Below, one piece after another: positions 33,371-43,516 of a DNA stretch of 64,000 nucleotides. How positions within the stretch are numbered: position 1 is the first letter of the stretch; each line of letters begins with the position of its first letter. This stretch comes from Pseudomonadota bacterium (GTDB lineage: Bacteria; Bdellovibrionota_G; JALEGL01; DATDPG01). A program made the translations under genes and the position numbers. Location of the stretch: assembly GCA_043809315.1 (NCBI GenBank), contig JAZDDX010000039.1, positions 32,001 through 96,000 of the forward strand. Direction: 5' to 3'. The notes beneath the pieces are model-generated. The model did no database searches and was not told where the DNA came from. It saw nothing but the letters and a program-made list of their open reading frames with translations.

Positions 33371-35716
33371 GTGCCAAGGAACTTCGAAGCCCCCGATCGG
33401 ATCCTCGAGCGGGCCCAAAAAGAGGGAAGAAACTTCCTTTTCGAGCACGAGGTATACGATCTCCTGAAGATCCTCGGGATCGGCTCGCCCGTGCCGTATC
33501 GCCTCCTGACCCCCCAAGAGGCGGCCACGAAAACGTTCTCCTCCTTCGCCGAAGAAGAGTACGTCCTCAAGATCGTCCACCCGCGGATTCTCCACAAGAG
33601 CGACGTCGGCGGCGTGCGCTTCGCCAAACGAGGACAGCTCGAGGAAACAACGCGGGCGATCCTCGCGGAGGTTCCCGGAACCTTCCTGGAAACACTTCTC
33701 GCCGACGGCAATCTTCCCGCGGAGTTTTCGCGCGCTTCCAAACGGGAGCTTTCGGACCGCTTGAAAGCGGAAACGGTCGGCGTCCTCGTGTTGCCGAAGG
33801 TCATCTCCTCTTCCGGATTCGGGCGCGAACTTCTCTGCGGCCTCCGCGTGACCCGCGAATTCGGTCCGGTCTTGACCGTGGGACTGGGCGGCCTCGACAC
33901 CGAACTTTTCGCGAAGAAGTTCCCGAAGGGGGAAGCCGCCGTGAGCACCAGCCCCGTCCTGACCGGAACCGATGCGCTCCGAGCCCTGTTCGAGGAAACC
34001 GTTTCGTTCCGAAAACTGACCGGACGGAGCCGCGATCGTGCCCGAACCGTCGAAGATGCCACGATCGAGACCCTGCTCGGACGGCTGCATACGATGGCGA
34101 TCCACTATTCGCCGCTCAACCCGTCAGCCCGTTTCTGGATCGACGAGTTCGAGGTCAACCCGTTCCTCTTCTCGAGCGGCCGGGCGATCCCCGTCGACGG
34201 TCTCCTCAAGTTCCGCAAACCCTCCTCCCTCCCCCCCCACACGACGGTGGCGAAGCTCGACTCTCTCCTGTGCCCCAAGAACATCTGCGTGGTCGGCGTC
34301 TCCGCGAAAGGGATGAACGTCGGACGGATCATCCTGAAAAACCTTCTGGAAGGGGGAATTTCCGCCGAACGGCTCGCCCTAATTCGCGAGGACGGTGCTC
34401 CGGTCGACGGGGTTGCGGCCTATCGCTCCGTCCCCACCCTCCCCTCCAAATTCGATCTAATGATCGTTTCGATCCCCGCAGCCGACGTTCCGCAGCTCCT
34501 GGAGGAGACGGTCCGGAACGACAAGGCCGACTCGGTGATCCTCATCACCGGAGGGCTGGGGGAAACGACCGGGGGAAAGACGATCGAAAAAAGGATCCGC
34601 GAGATCCTTGCGGAAGGGAAACAGCAGCGCTCGCGCGGGCCGGTCCTCGTGGGGGGAAACTGCCTCGGGATCGTGAGCGGCCCCGGCGGGTACGACACCC
34701 TCTTCATCCCGGAGTCGCGGATGCCGCGGAACCGGTCGCTCCCGATGGGGAAGAACACCGCGATCTTGAGCCAGTCCGGAGCGTTCATGATCACCCGGAT
34801 GAACCGGATGGGGAGTTTCGTCCCCCGATACGCGATCTCGACCGGAAACCAGGTTGACGTCGGCACCGCCGACTTCCTGGAACATCTCGTGACCGACGAC
34901 GGAGTTCGGACGTTCGGATGCTACATCGAGGGGTTCCGCGACCTGGAGGGGATCCGCTTCGCCCTGGCGGCCCAGGAAGCGGTTCGGAGCGGAAAAGAGG
35001 TGATCGTCTACAAGGCGGGGAGGACGAGCGCCGGGAAGAAAGCGGCTGGCGGACACACTGCTGCGGTCGCGGGGGATTGGGACATCGCCCGTGAAATCCT
35101 CTCGCAGGCCGGATGCATCTTCGCCGAGTCGTTCGAGGAGTGGTCCGATCTCCTGATGCTCTCCTCGCTTCTGGCCAGGAAATCGGTCGGCGCGGGACGG
35201 ATCGGCGCGATTTCGAACGCCGGATGCGAGACCGTCGGCCTGGCCGACCGGACCGGGACCGGACGGGGGCTTCTCGAGCTCGCCCAGCTCAGCGAGTCTA
35301 CCGTTTCGGAGCTCCGCGGGGTCCTGGAGCGCGCTCGGCTGACCGAGCTGCAGGAGGTCCGCAATCCGCTCGACTTGACCCCCATGGCGAACGATCGTGC
35401 CCATCTCGAGGCGCTTAAGGCGTTTCACGACGACCCGAACGTCGATCTCCTCGTCCATTCCTGCATCCCGATGACCTCCACGATCAAGGCGATCGATCCG
35501 ACCGATCCAGAGGGGTATGTCCGGATGCTGGTCTCCCTTCTCCCGCCGTTCGTCAAGCCGCTCGTTTGCGTGATCGATGCGGGAACATTGTACGATCCAC
35601 TGGCCGACGCGCTCTTCAAAGCGGGGATCCCGGTTTTCCGGTCGATCGACCGGGCGGTGATGGCGCTCACACGATGGGCGACCCGACATCGGAGCTATCG
35701 TCCGAAAGGAGCGTAG
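33371..35716 (+). CDS. ADP-forming acyl-CoA synthetase (acetate-CoA ligase family), ATP-grasp domain first
   Basis: HKSDVGGV, EVNP, GGNCLG, SQSGA, STGNQVD, YIEG, KAGRT...GHT, NPLDLT. Confidence 0.88.
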   Translation: MPRNFEAPDRILERAQKEGRNFLFEHEVYDLLKILGIGSPVPYRLLTPQEAATKTFSSFAEEEYVLKIVHPRILHKSDVGGVRFAKRGQLEETTRAILAEVPGTFLETLLADGNLPAEFSRASKRELSDRLKAETVGVLVLPKVISSSGFGRELLCGLRVTREFGPVLTVGLGGLDTELFAKKFPKGEAAVSTSPVLTGTDALRALFEETVSFRKLTGRSRDRARTVEDATIETLLGRLHTMAIHYSPLNPSARFWIDEFEVNPFLFSSGRAIPVDGLLKFRKPSSLPPHTTVAKLDSLLCPKNICVVGVSAKGMNVGRIILKNLLEGGISAERLALIREDGAPVDGVAAYRSVPTLPSKFDLMIVSIPAADVPQLLEETVRNDKADSVILITGGLGETTGGKTIEKRIREILAEGKQQRSRGPVLVGGNCLGIVSGPGGYDTLFIPESRMPRNRSLPMGKNTAILSQSGAFMITRMNRMGSFVPRYAISTGNQVDVGTADFLEHLVTDDGVRTFGCYIEGFRDLEGIRFALAAQEAVRSGKEVIVYKAGRTSAGKKAAGGHTAAVAGDWDIAREILSQAGCIFAESFEEWSDLLMLSSLLARKSVGAGRIGAISNAGCETVGLADRTGTGRGLLELAQLSESTVSELRGVLERARLTELQEVRNPLDLTPMANDRAHLEALKAFHDDPNVDLLVHSCIPMTSTIKAIDPTDPEGYVRMLVSLLPPFVKPLVCVIDAGTLYDPLADALFKAGIPVFRSIDRAVMALTRWATRHRSYRPKGA

Positions 35717-35718
35717 AG

Positions 35719-36621
35719 ATGCCAAAGGAAAGCTGCGCGTTGTCGGTCGATCTCGGCGGGACGAACCTCCGAGGGGCGGTCGTCGATCGGGACGGATCGA
35801 TCCTGATCCGTCGGGAAGTCGGAAGCAGCAAAGGGGGGACCGCCGACCTCGCGGTGGAACAGATCTCCTCGTTCTGCGCCGATCTCATCCAGGAATCGCG
35901 CAAATCGCGGATCCGGATCGAGGGGGTCGGCCTGGGTCTCGCCGGGTTCCTCGTCGGTCGGACCCGGATGCAGTTTTCGCCGAACCTTCCCCATCTGCTC
36001 GGTGTCGACATCGGTACGCAGGTATCCAAAGCCGTCGGCCTTCCCTGTATCAGCGAGAACGATGGGAACTGCGCCGCACTCGGGGAATGGTGGATCGGGA
36101 GTGCTCGGGGGCACCGGAATGCGATCGTTCTCACACTCGGAACCGGCGTCGGCGGCGGGATCATCTCGGATGGGATCTTGTTGCGGGGAAGCCGGGGGGC
36201 GGGGGCCGAGGTCGGGCATGTCTGCGTCGACCCGAGCGGCCCGCCCTGCGGATGTGGTTCGAACGGCTGCCTGGAGGTCTTCGCCTCCGGCGGCGCTTTT
36301 GCACGGGAAACCGGGATTCCGGGCAACCGTCTGTTCGATGAAGCCCGACACGGAGACGAAACGGCGCTCTCCGCTTTCCGGAGGTTTGGACGTTACTTGG
36401 GGATCGGCATCTCGAGTTTTTGTTTTCTATTCGACCCGGAAATCATCGTGCTTGGAGGAAAAGTTGCCCGATCGGCCCAGTTCTTCCTGCCTGACACCCG
36501 AAGCGAAATCGGCCGGCGCTTGCGAAATCACCCCTCTCGCAACACCCCGATCGTAGTGGGAACACAGTTGGACGACGCGGGACTCCTAGGCGCCGCCTGG
36601 TTGGTTCTTAACCGCGCCTGA
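35719..36621 (+). CDS. ROK-family sugar kinase (glucokinase-like)
   Basis: DLGGT, ENDGNCAALGE, LGTGVGGG, EVGH, CGCGSNGCLE. Confidence 0.92.
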   Translation: MPKESCALSVDLGGTNLRGAVVDRDGSILIRREVGSSKGGTADLAVEQISSFCADLIQESRKSRIRIEGVGLGLAGFLVGRTRMQFSPNLPHLLGVDIGTQVSKAVGLPCISENDGNCAALGEWWIGSARGHRNAIVLTLGTGVGGGIISDGILLRGSRGAGAEVGHVCVDPSGPPCGCGSNGCLEVFASGGAFARETGIPGNRLFDEARHGDETALSAFRRFGRYLGIGISSFCFLFDPEIIVLGGKVARSAQFFLPDTRSEIGRRLRNHPSRNTPIVVGTQLDDAGLLGAAWLVLNRA

Positions 36622-36626
36622 GAAAC

Positions 36627-36824
36627 TCAGCGCCGCCCCAGCATCCTGTCGACTTTCTCCTCGGCCGCAAGCCAGTCTTGAACCGGATCTCCTCCGGAAA
36701 ATCCACGACGCTCTGCGATGAAATAGGCCGCTTCACAAATCATTCGGTAACGTTCTTCGGGAGTTAGTGTCACCCGGTACATGCTTGTTACATTCCCCTG
36801 CCGGTTCGTCGCCTTATTGAACAT
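36627..36824 (-). CDS. DUF2934 domain protein
   Basis: MICEAAYFIAERRGF...DWLAAE; GGAGG RBS. Confidence 0.82.
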   Translation of the reverse strand: MFNKATNRQGNVTSMYRVTLTPEERYRMICEAAYFIAERRGFSGGDPVQDWLAAEEKVDRMLGRR

Positions 36825-36957
36825 CTCACCTCCGATTCGGATGCACTCTAACAAATGAAAGGAACGTGAACAACCGCCCTGATCGCGGTATAGTATTCAG
36901 CTCTTGAAGTTATGGAACTTCTGAGGCGTAAGCCTGGGCAAGGAAAGGGGAAAGTCC

Positions 36958-38205
36958 ATGCCAACAAGTAGCAGTGGAGTCCTGTCCGTTGTTCTGGCGG
37001 GAGGGGAAGGGAAACGGCTGGGGCCGCTCACGCGAAAGCGTGCGAAACCGGCGATCCCGTTCGCCGGACAATACCGCCTGGTCGACTTCGTTCTGTCGAA
37101 CCTGGTTCATTCCCACCTCCTCCGGATTCACGTTCTGACCCAATACCAATCCCATTCCCTGATCCGACACATCTCGCACGGGTGGTCGTTCTCGGCCCAC
37201 CTCGGCCAGTACTGCGAGGTGATCCCGGCCCACTCCGGGGAGGGGAAGGGGTGGTACAAAGGGTCGGCCGACGCCCTCTATCAGAACCTCCGCCCGATGA
37301 TGTCAAATCACCCGAAGATCGTCGCGGTGTTCGGAGCCGACCACGTCTACCGGATGGATGTCCGCCAGATGATCAACGAACACCTCGAGTCGGGAGCCGA
37401 CATCACCGTCGCCGTCGTTCCTCAGCCGATCGAAACCGCAAGTCGGTTCGGATGCATAACGGTCGACGACCAGATGCGGATCGTGAACTTCTTCGAAAAA
37501 CCGGCGAACCCTCCGCCGTTCCCGAAGGATCCATCGAAGTCATTGATTTCGATGGGAAATTATCTATTCAACCTGGACGTCCTAAGGGAGGTGATCGAAA
37601 CCGACCATTCCGACCCCGGAAGCCGGAACGACATCGGCGGCGACATCCTCCCGAAATGGGTCCAGAGGCTGAACGTTCATGCCTACAACTTCCTGGACAA
37701 CAAGATCTCGGGGCAGACGGTGGAGGAGTGTGGATACTGGCGCGACGTCGGAACGATCGAGGCGTACTGGAAGGCCTCCATGGATCTCGTCAGCGTCTCC
37801 CCGGTCTTCAACCTGTACAACGCCGAATGGCCGATCTTGACGGCGAGTACGAATTACCCGCCCGCGAAGTTCGTCTTCGCGGACGAAGCGGCGAACCGGA
37901 TCGGAATTTCGACCGACTCGCTCGTCTCGAACGGTTGCATCATCTCCGGCGGTAAAATCGACCGCTGCGTTTTGGGCCCGGCGGTCCGGATCAATTCCTA
38001 TTCGGAAGTCCGGAACTCGGTCCTCTTCGAGAACTGCGAGATCGGACGGCGCTGCAAGATCCAGAACACGATCGTCGAGAAAGGGGTCTTCGTACCGCCC
38101 GACACCCGGGTCGGATTCGACGAGGAGGAAGACCGGTCCCACGGAATCCACGTGGATGAGAGCGGGATTCGCGTGGTGGATCAGGAGACGGAGCTCCCGA
38201 AGTGA
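36958..38205 (+). CDS. glgC: Glucose-1-phosphate adenylyltransferase
   Basis: LAGGEGKRL, AKPAIPF, FEKP, SMGNY, YWRDVGTI. Confidence 0.96.
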   Translation: MPTSSSGVLSVVLAGGEGKRLGPLTRKRAKPAIPFAGQYRLVDFVLSNLVHSHLLRIHVLTQYQSHSLIRHISHGWSFSAHLGQYCEVIPAHSGEGKGWYKGSADALYQNLRPMMSNHPKIVAVFGADHVYRMDVRQMINEHLESGADITVAVVPQPIETASRFGCITVDDQMRIVNFFEKPANPPPFPKDPSKSLISMGNYLFNLDVLREVIETDHSDPGSRNDIGGDILPKWVQRLNVHAYNFLDNKISGQTVEECGYWRDVGTIEAYWKASMDLVSVSPVFNLYNAEWPILTASTNYPPAKFVFADEAANRIGISTDSLVSNGCIISGGKIDRCVLGPAVRINSYSEVRNSVLFENCEIGRRCKIQNTIVEKGVFVPPDTRVGFDEEEDRSHGIHVDESGIRVVDQETELPK

Positions 38206-40385
38206 AGCCGGTCTCCCTCTCCTTCCTCTGGCACATGCACCAGCCGATCTACCGGCTGCGGGGGCAGGATATCTGTTTCATGCCGTGGGTCCGCCTCCAC
38301 GCCGTTCGGGCGTACTACGACATGATCCGGGTTTTAGACGAGTTCCCGGCGGTCCGGGTGACAATGAACCTCGTCCCGTCGATGGTGGAACAGCTGATCG
38401 ATTACAACGAAGGGGGCCGCGATATGTTCCAGCAGATCGGCTCCCTCGAGCCGGATGCGCTGGGGGAGGTAGAGCGGACGTTCCTCTTCGACAATTTTTT
38501 TTCGGCCCAGCTCGACCAGATGATCCGCCCGATCCCGCATTATGCGGAGCTCTTCGCCCGACGCCAGCAGGCGCGGCTCATCCGGGCGGCCGGGGACGCC
38601 TGGAAAGAGTTTTCCACGCAGGATTATGTCGACCTGATCGCGCTCTTCAACCTCGCCTGGTTCGGGTTCAAGGCGCGGGAAGATTTTCCGTCGATCAACG
38701 CCCTCTTGCGAAAAGGGGGAAAGTTCACGGTCACGGAGATCCGTGAGATCCACGAAATCCAGTCTTCGATCCTTCGGAAGCTGATCCCTCTGTACCGGGA
38801 AAAACTCGAGCGGAAGCAGATCGAGATCTCCACCACGCCATACGCCCACCCGATCCTCCCCTTGATCACCAACAACGAATCGGCCCGCGAGTCGATGCCG
38901 AAGCATCCTCTCCCTCCCCTGTTCCGGTATCCGCAGGATGCCCGGAGGCAGGTCTCCGACGGCCTCGATCTGATCGAGAAAGTCTTCGGGAAGCGTCCGA
39001 TCGGGATCTGGCCCTCGGAAGGGTCTTTAAGCCAGGAAGTGGTCGAGATGCTGGCCGCCGCCGGCCTCCAATGGACGGCGACCGACGAAGGGAACCTCCA
39101 TCGGTCCGACCGCGACGCCCCGCCGAATCACCACCACCTGTGGGAAACGACGACACCGACCGGCGCCCTGAAACTCGTCTTCCGGGACCGGGAACTCTCC
39201 GACCGGATCGGATTCACGTACCAGACCCGGGATCCGCGTGAAGCCGCTCGGGATTTCGTCGACACGATCCTCGCCAAGTGCGCACCGGACCGGGAGCACA
39301 AAGACTTCGTCCTGGTGGCGCTCGACGGGGAGAACCCCTGGGAACATTACCCGTTCGCCGGCGCCCTCTTCCTCCGCGCGCTCTACTCCGAGATCACGCA
39401 GCGGAAAGAGGTGACCGCCGTTCCGGTCGGGGAACTCATCGCATCCACCGGCACGAAGAAGAAACTCCGGCACGTTCATGCCGGCAGTTGGATCAACACC
39501 GATTTCGGGATCTGGATCGGCGGACCGGAGAAAAACCAGGCCTGGAGCATCCTCGGACGGGTGCGGGAGGAGCTGTCGGCCGATCTCGACGCCCCCGCCG
39601 CGGACGATCCCCGGCGGATCGATGCGTGGAAATCGATCCGCGCCGCCGAGGGGAGCGATTGGTTTTGGTGGCTCGACGGGCAGTTCACGAACAGCTACCG
39701 CGAGCAGTTCGACGAGACGTTCCGCAATCACCTGCAACAGGCGTACGAGGCGCTCGACCTTCCCGTGCCGAATTTTCTCGAATGGTTCATCCCCTCGACC
39801 CGGGTCCTCTCGGAGGGGGTTCACGGGGAGCCGTTCGAGTGGCTCGCTCCCGCGGTCGACGGATTCGAGTCGGATCTTTTCGAATGGCACGGGGCGATCC
39901 GTCTCCCCTGGAAGAGCCTGAGCATCGGATCCCAGCTCCGCCGCCCGCTGAAGCCGTTCTCGATTCTCTGGATCGGTTTCTCGTGCGACCAGAAACTCTA
40001 TCTCCGCATCGATCCGGAGAAACTCGGGGACGGGTCCCCGTTCCAGGGGATGAGGATCGAGATGTCGTTCAACTGCGCCGGCCGGGTCCGTAAGATCCGC
40101 GTCCAGCTCGATCCGAAAGGAGATCTTTCCGAAGCGACGGCAATCGACGGTTTGCCGGAAGGGAACGGTTCGGTCGAGCCCGCCGGGCTGCGTTCCGAGA
40201 GCAGGGCGGTTGCCCGGAAGATTCTCGAAATCTCCGTCCCCTGCCGGGAAGCGGGGCTGACGCCGGATCAACCGGCGGTGATGATCCTCAACCTGGAGAG
40301 CGCCTCGGTCGACGTGCAGGTCCGCGAGATCCGCATCAAGCTTCCGAGCGATCACTCGATGATCGACAGCGCGGGGGTCGAATGA
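38202..40385 (+). CDS. Glycoside hydrolase family 57 (amylopullulanase-like)
   Basis: WHMHQP, PWVRLH, HPILPL, WPSEG, LDGENPWE, AEGSDWFWW. Confidence 0.9.
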   Translation: MKPVSLSFLWHMHQPIYRLRGQDICFMPWVRLHAVRAYYDMIRVLDEFPAVRVTMNLVPSMVEQLIDYNEGGRDMFQQIGSLEPDALGEVERTFLFDNFFSAQLDQMIRPIPHYAELFARRQQARLIRAAGDAWKEFSTQDYVDLIALFNLAWFGFKAREDFPSINALLRKGGKFTVTEIREIHEIQSSILRKLIPLYREKLERKQIEISTTPYAHPILPLITNNESARESMPKHPLPPLFRYPQDARRQVSDGLDLIEKVFGKRPIGIWPSEGSLSQEVVEMLAAAGLQWTATDEGNLHRSDRDAPPNHHHLWETTTPTGALKLVFRDRELSDRIGFTYQTRDPREAARDFVDTILAKCAPDREHKDFVLVALDGENPWEHYPFAGALFLRALYSEITQRKEVTAVPVGELIASTGTKKKLRHVHAGSWINTDFGIWIGGPEKNQAWSILGRVREELSADLDAPAADDPRRIDAWKSIRAAEGSDWFWWLDGQFTNSYREQFDETFRNHLQQAYEALDLPVPNFLEWFIPSTRVLSEGVHGEPFEWLAPAVDGFESDLFEWHGAIRLPWKSLSIGSQLRRPLKPFSILWIGFSCDQKLYLRIDPEKLGDGSPFQGMRIEMSFNCAGRVRKIRVQLDPKGDLSEATAIDGLPEGNGSVEPAGLRSESRAVARKILEISVPCREAGLTPDQPAVMILNLESASVDVQVREIRIKLPSDHSMIDSAGVE

Positions 40386-42466
40386 GCGTCCGGCTGGTCT
40401 TCGCCCTTCACTTCCATCAGCCGATCGGGAACTTCGACTCGGTCTTCGAGGATGCGCTCGCCAAGTGCTACGCTCCGATCGTCGAGGCGTTCGAACGTCA
40501 CCCGAAGGTTCGGGCCGCCTTCCATCTTTCGGGATGTCTTCTGGAATGGCTCGAATCGCATCACCCCAAGTTTCTCGACCGGGTGTATCGGTTGGTCTCC
40601 TCCGGCCAAGTCGAGCCTTTGGGCGGCGGGTTCTACGAACCGATTCTTTCCGTGATCCCACGGGAAGACGCCCTCCGCCAAATCGCGCTCTTGAACGCCT
40701 TCTGGAAATCACGCGTCGGCATCACCCCCCAAGGGGCCTGGCTCTCGGAAAGGGTTTGGGAGCCAGGGCTCGCCGAACTCCTCTCGGAAGGGGGGATCCG
40801 TTACACGATCCTCGACGATCAGCATCTCCGCTTCGCCGGGATCGTCCGGGACCGGATGACCGGACTCTTCGTGACCGAGCGGTTCGGCAAGGCGCTCGCC
40901 TTTTTTCCTTCCGACTACAAGCTCCGCTACCTGATCCCGTTCCGGCCGATCGACCGCGTTCGGGAGCACTTTGACGCGTTGGCCGAGGGATCGCGCGAAA
41001 CGATCCTCACGTACGGTGACGACGCCGAGAAGTTCGGCCTCTGGCCGGGGACCCATCAATGGGTTTTCGTCGAGAAGTGGCTCGAACAGTTTTTCCTCTA
41101 CCTCGAAGAGGAGAACGCCCCGGTCCGAAGTGTCCAGCCGGGGGAGATCTTCCGTCTGAAACCGCCGGCGGAGAAGGTCTACATCCCGAACGCGGCGTAC
41201 TCCGAGATGCTGGAGTGGGCTCTCCCCTTCGAGTCGGTCCCGGCTTACACCAAGCTTCGCGACACGTTCCAAACGACGAACTCCGACGAAGCGGTGAAAT
41301 CGTTCGTCCGCGGAAGCCTCTGGGACATGTTCTTGGCGCGCTACCCCGAATCGAACCAAATGCTCAAACATGTCATCCGCACGTCGACGCGGGTCCGTGC
41401 GCTTCCGGAAGGAAAAGCGAAGAAGCGCGCTTACCCGTTGGTCCTCCGCGCGCAGTGCAATTGCGCGTATTGGCACGGCCTCTTCGGCGGGATCTACCTC
41501 CCGCACCTCCGGCACGGCGTCTACCAGAACGTGATCGAGGCGGACTCGATCCTCTTGGGGGATCTCGGGTCGAAGACGAAGGTCGAGGTCGAGGATTACG
41601 ACGGCGACCTGGAGGAGGAGATCATCGTCTCTTCCAAGACGCTTCAAGCCTTTTTCCGCCCGGGGGACGCCGGAACGATGGCGGAGCTCGATTTTCTTCC
41701 TTCCCGCTACAATGTCACCAACCTCGTTTCCCGGTGGAAAGAGAGCTACCACTCCGGGAACGACATCACGCATTCCCACGCAGCTTCGGACGGTCCGGCG
41801 TCGCCGCACGAACTCTCCGTGGGGATTCGTCCCTCCGATCTCGCGAACGCGACCTTCGACGAACTTCCCCTCCGCTCCCTGCGCGATTTTCACATCACCG
41901 GAGAGTTCGATCCCCACCGCTTCCGGAAATGGAACGATGTCGCTTTCGCCCGCGGTCGAATGGAACGGTGGGCGACTCACGCCGCCGGCTGGAGCGGTCA
42001 CCATGCCATCGGATCGCTGCGGTACGGGAAAGAAGTCCGGATCCACGAGTCGAACACGCTGGCTTGTCGATGGACCGTCGATCCGACGCAATCGATGGAC
42101 GGCACTTTCGGAACTCTCTTCGCCTTCACGCTTCTCACTCCGGACGCGGCCGACCGACGCGCGGAGGTCGAGGACACCGACGGACCGGCGAGGATCGGCA
42201 AACCGGGGGACGAATTCGATCGCCCGGAGGTCACCCGCGTCACCTGGGAGGATTTCGCCTTCGGTTTCGGCTTCGACCTGACCTTCTCCGTCCCGCCGCG
42301 CATGGTTTCCGTGCCGATTCGGACGTTTCAGCGCTCGGAAAAAGGGTACGAGGCGGTCTATCAGGGGACACTCCTGGCCGCCCTCTGGCCGGTCAGCGCC
42401 CTCTTGGGGGACGGTGTCACAGCCGGGATTCGGTTTCGTTCTCTTGTGGACAGGAGGGAAAAGTAG
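40382..42466 (+). CDS. GH57 alpha-amylase/4-alpha-glucanotransferase
   Basis: HFHQPIGN, GGGFYEP, WLSERVWE, DDAEKFGLWP, AQCNCAYWHG. Confidence 0.9.
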   Translation: MSVRLVFALHFHQPIGNFDSVFEDALAKCYAPIVEAFERHPKVRAAFHLSGCLLEWLESHHPKFLDRVYRLVSSGQVEPLGGGFYEPILSVIPREDALRQIALLNAFWKSRVGITPQGAWLSERVWEPGLAELLSEGGIRYTILDDQHLRFAGIVRDRMTGLFVTERFGKALAFFPSDYKLRYLIPFRPIDRVREHFDALAEGSRETILTYGDDAEKFGLWPGTHQWVFVEKWLEQFFLYLEEENAPVRSVQPGEIFRLKPPAEKVYIPNAAYSEMLEWALPFESVPAYTKLRDTFQTTNSDEAVKSFVRGSLWDMFLARYPESNQMLKHVIRTSTRVRALPEGKAKKRAYPLVLRAQCNCAYWHGLFGGIYLPHLRHGVYQNVIEADSILLGDLGSKTKVEVEDYDGDLEEEIIVSSKTLQAFFRPGDAGTMAELDFLPSRYNVTNLVSRWKESYHSGNDITHSHAASDGPASPHELSVGIRPSDLANATFDELPLRSLRDFHITGEFDPHRFRKWNDVAFARGRMERWATHAAGWSGHHAIGSLRYGKEVRIHESNTLACRWTVDPTQSMDGTFGTLFAFTLLTPDAADRRAEVEDTDGPARIGKPGDEFDRPEVTRVTWEDFAFGFGFDLTFSVPPRMVSVPIRTFQRSEKGYEAVYQGTLLAALWPVSALLGDGVTAGIRFRSLVDRREK

Positions 42467-43516
42467 ATGTCGGAGTTACGACGGTCATTGACGGGACGTT
42501 GGGTGATCATCGCGGCGGAGCGGGCCAACCGGCCGAACGCGTTCCGAACCTATTCGCACGTGAAAGATCCGAAGGAGACCTGCCCCTTCTGCCCGGGTCA
42601 CGAACACATGACCCCGCCGGCTGTCTTGAGCCGGACGACCGAGGGGACTCCGGGATCTTGGAAGGTCCGCGTGATCCCGAACCGCTTCCCGGCGCTCCGG
42701 ATCGAGGGGTCGCTCGACAAGCGCTCCGAGGGGATCTACGACAAGATGGCCGGCGTCGGCGCGCACGAAATCGTCATCGACACCGCCGACCACGACGCCG
42801 ACTTCGCCGATTTCTCACTGGAGCAGCTCTCCGAGCTGATCGCCGCGTACCGGGACCGGACGCTCGATCTCTTACGCGACAAGCGGTTCCGGTACGTGAT
42901 GATTTTCAAGAATTCCGGGCACGCGGCCGGGGCGACCCTCTCCCACTCGCACTCGCAGTTGATCGCCCTGCCGGTTATCCCGGCGCAGATCGAGAGGGAG
43001 ATCTCGTCGGCCAAAAAATATTACCAGTTCCGCGGGCGCTGTTTGTACTGCGACGTCGTCGGGCAAGAAACCGCAGAGGGGAAACGGCTGGTGGTCATGA
43101 ACCACGACTTCGCCGCCTTCACGCCGTTCGCCGGACGCTTCCCGTTCGAGATCCATCTCCTTCCGAAGACGCACATCCCCTATTTCTGGGAGATCACGCC
43201 GCGGCAAATCGAGTCGTTTGCGGAGCTTCTGCGGGACACGCTCCGCCGGTACAAGCTGTCGCTCAAGAACCCGCCGTACAGCATCATCATCCACACCTCC
43301 CCGCCCGACTTCCAGCACCCGGAGTGCTATCACTGGCACGTCGAGATCATGCCGAAGCTGACCGAAACCGGCGGGTTCGAGTGGGGGACCGGCTTCTACA
43401 TCAACCCGACCCCCCCGGAGGACGCCGCATCCCATCTGCGCGATCTCGATCGGTCGATGAACGTCCCGAAGAACTACCTTCTCTCGCCGGCGGAGGTGAT
43501 CGATCATGGCTCTTGA
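42467..43516 (+). CDS. galT: Galactose-1-phosphate uridylyltransferase family (HIT) protein
   Basis: CPFCPGHE, NRFPAL, FKNSG...AGATLSHSHSQ, GFEWGTG. Confidence 0.9.
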   Translation: MSELRRSLTGRWVIIAAERANRPNAFRTYSHVKDPKETCPFCPGHEHMTPPAVLSRTTEGTPGSWKVRVIPNRFPALRIEGSLDKRSEGIYDKMAGVGAHEIVIDTADHDADFADFSLEQLSELIAAYRDRTLDLLRDKRFRYVMIFKNSGHAAGATLSHSHSQLIALPVIPAQIEREISSAKKYYQFRGRCLYCDVVGQETAEGKRLVVMNHDFAAFTPFAGRFPFEIHLLPKTHIPYFWEITPRQIESFAELLRDTLRRYKLSLKNPPYSIIIHTSPPDFQHPECYHWHVEIMPKLTETGGFEWGTGFYINPTPPEDAASHLRDLDRSMNVPKNYLLSPAEVIDHGS

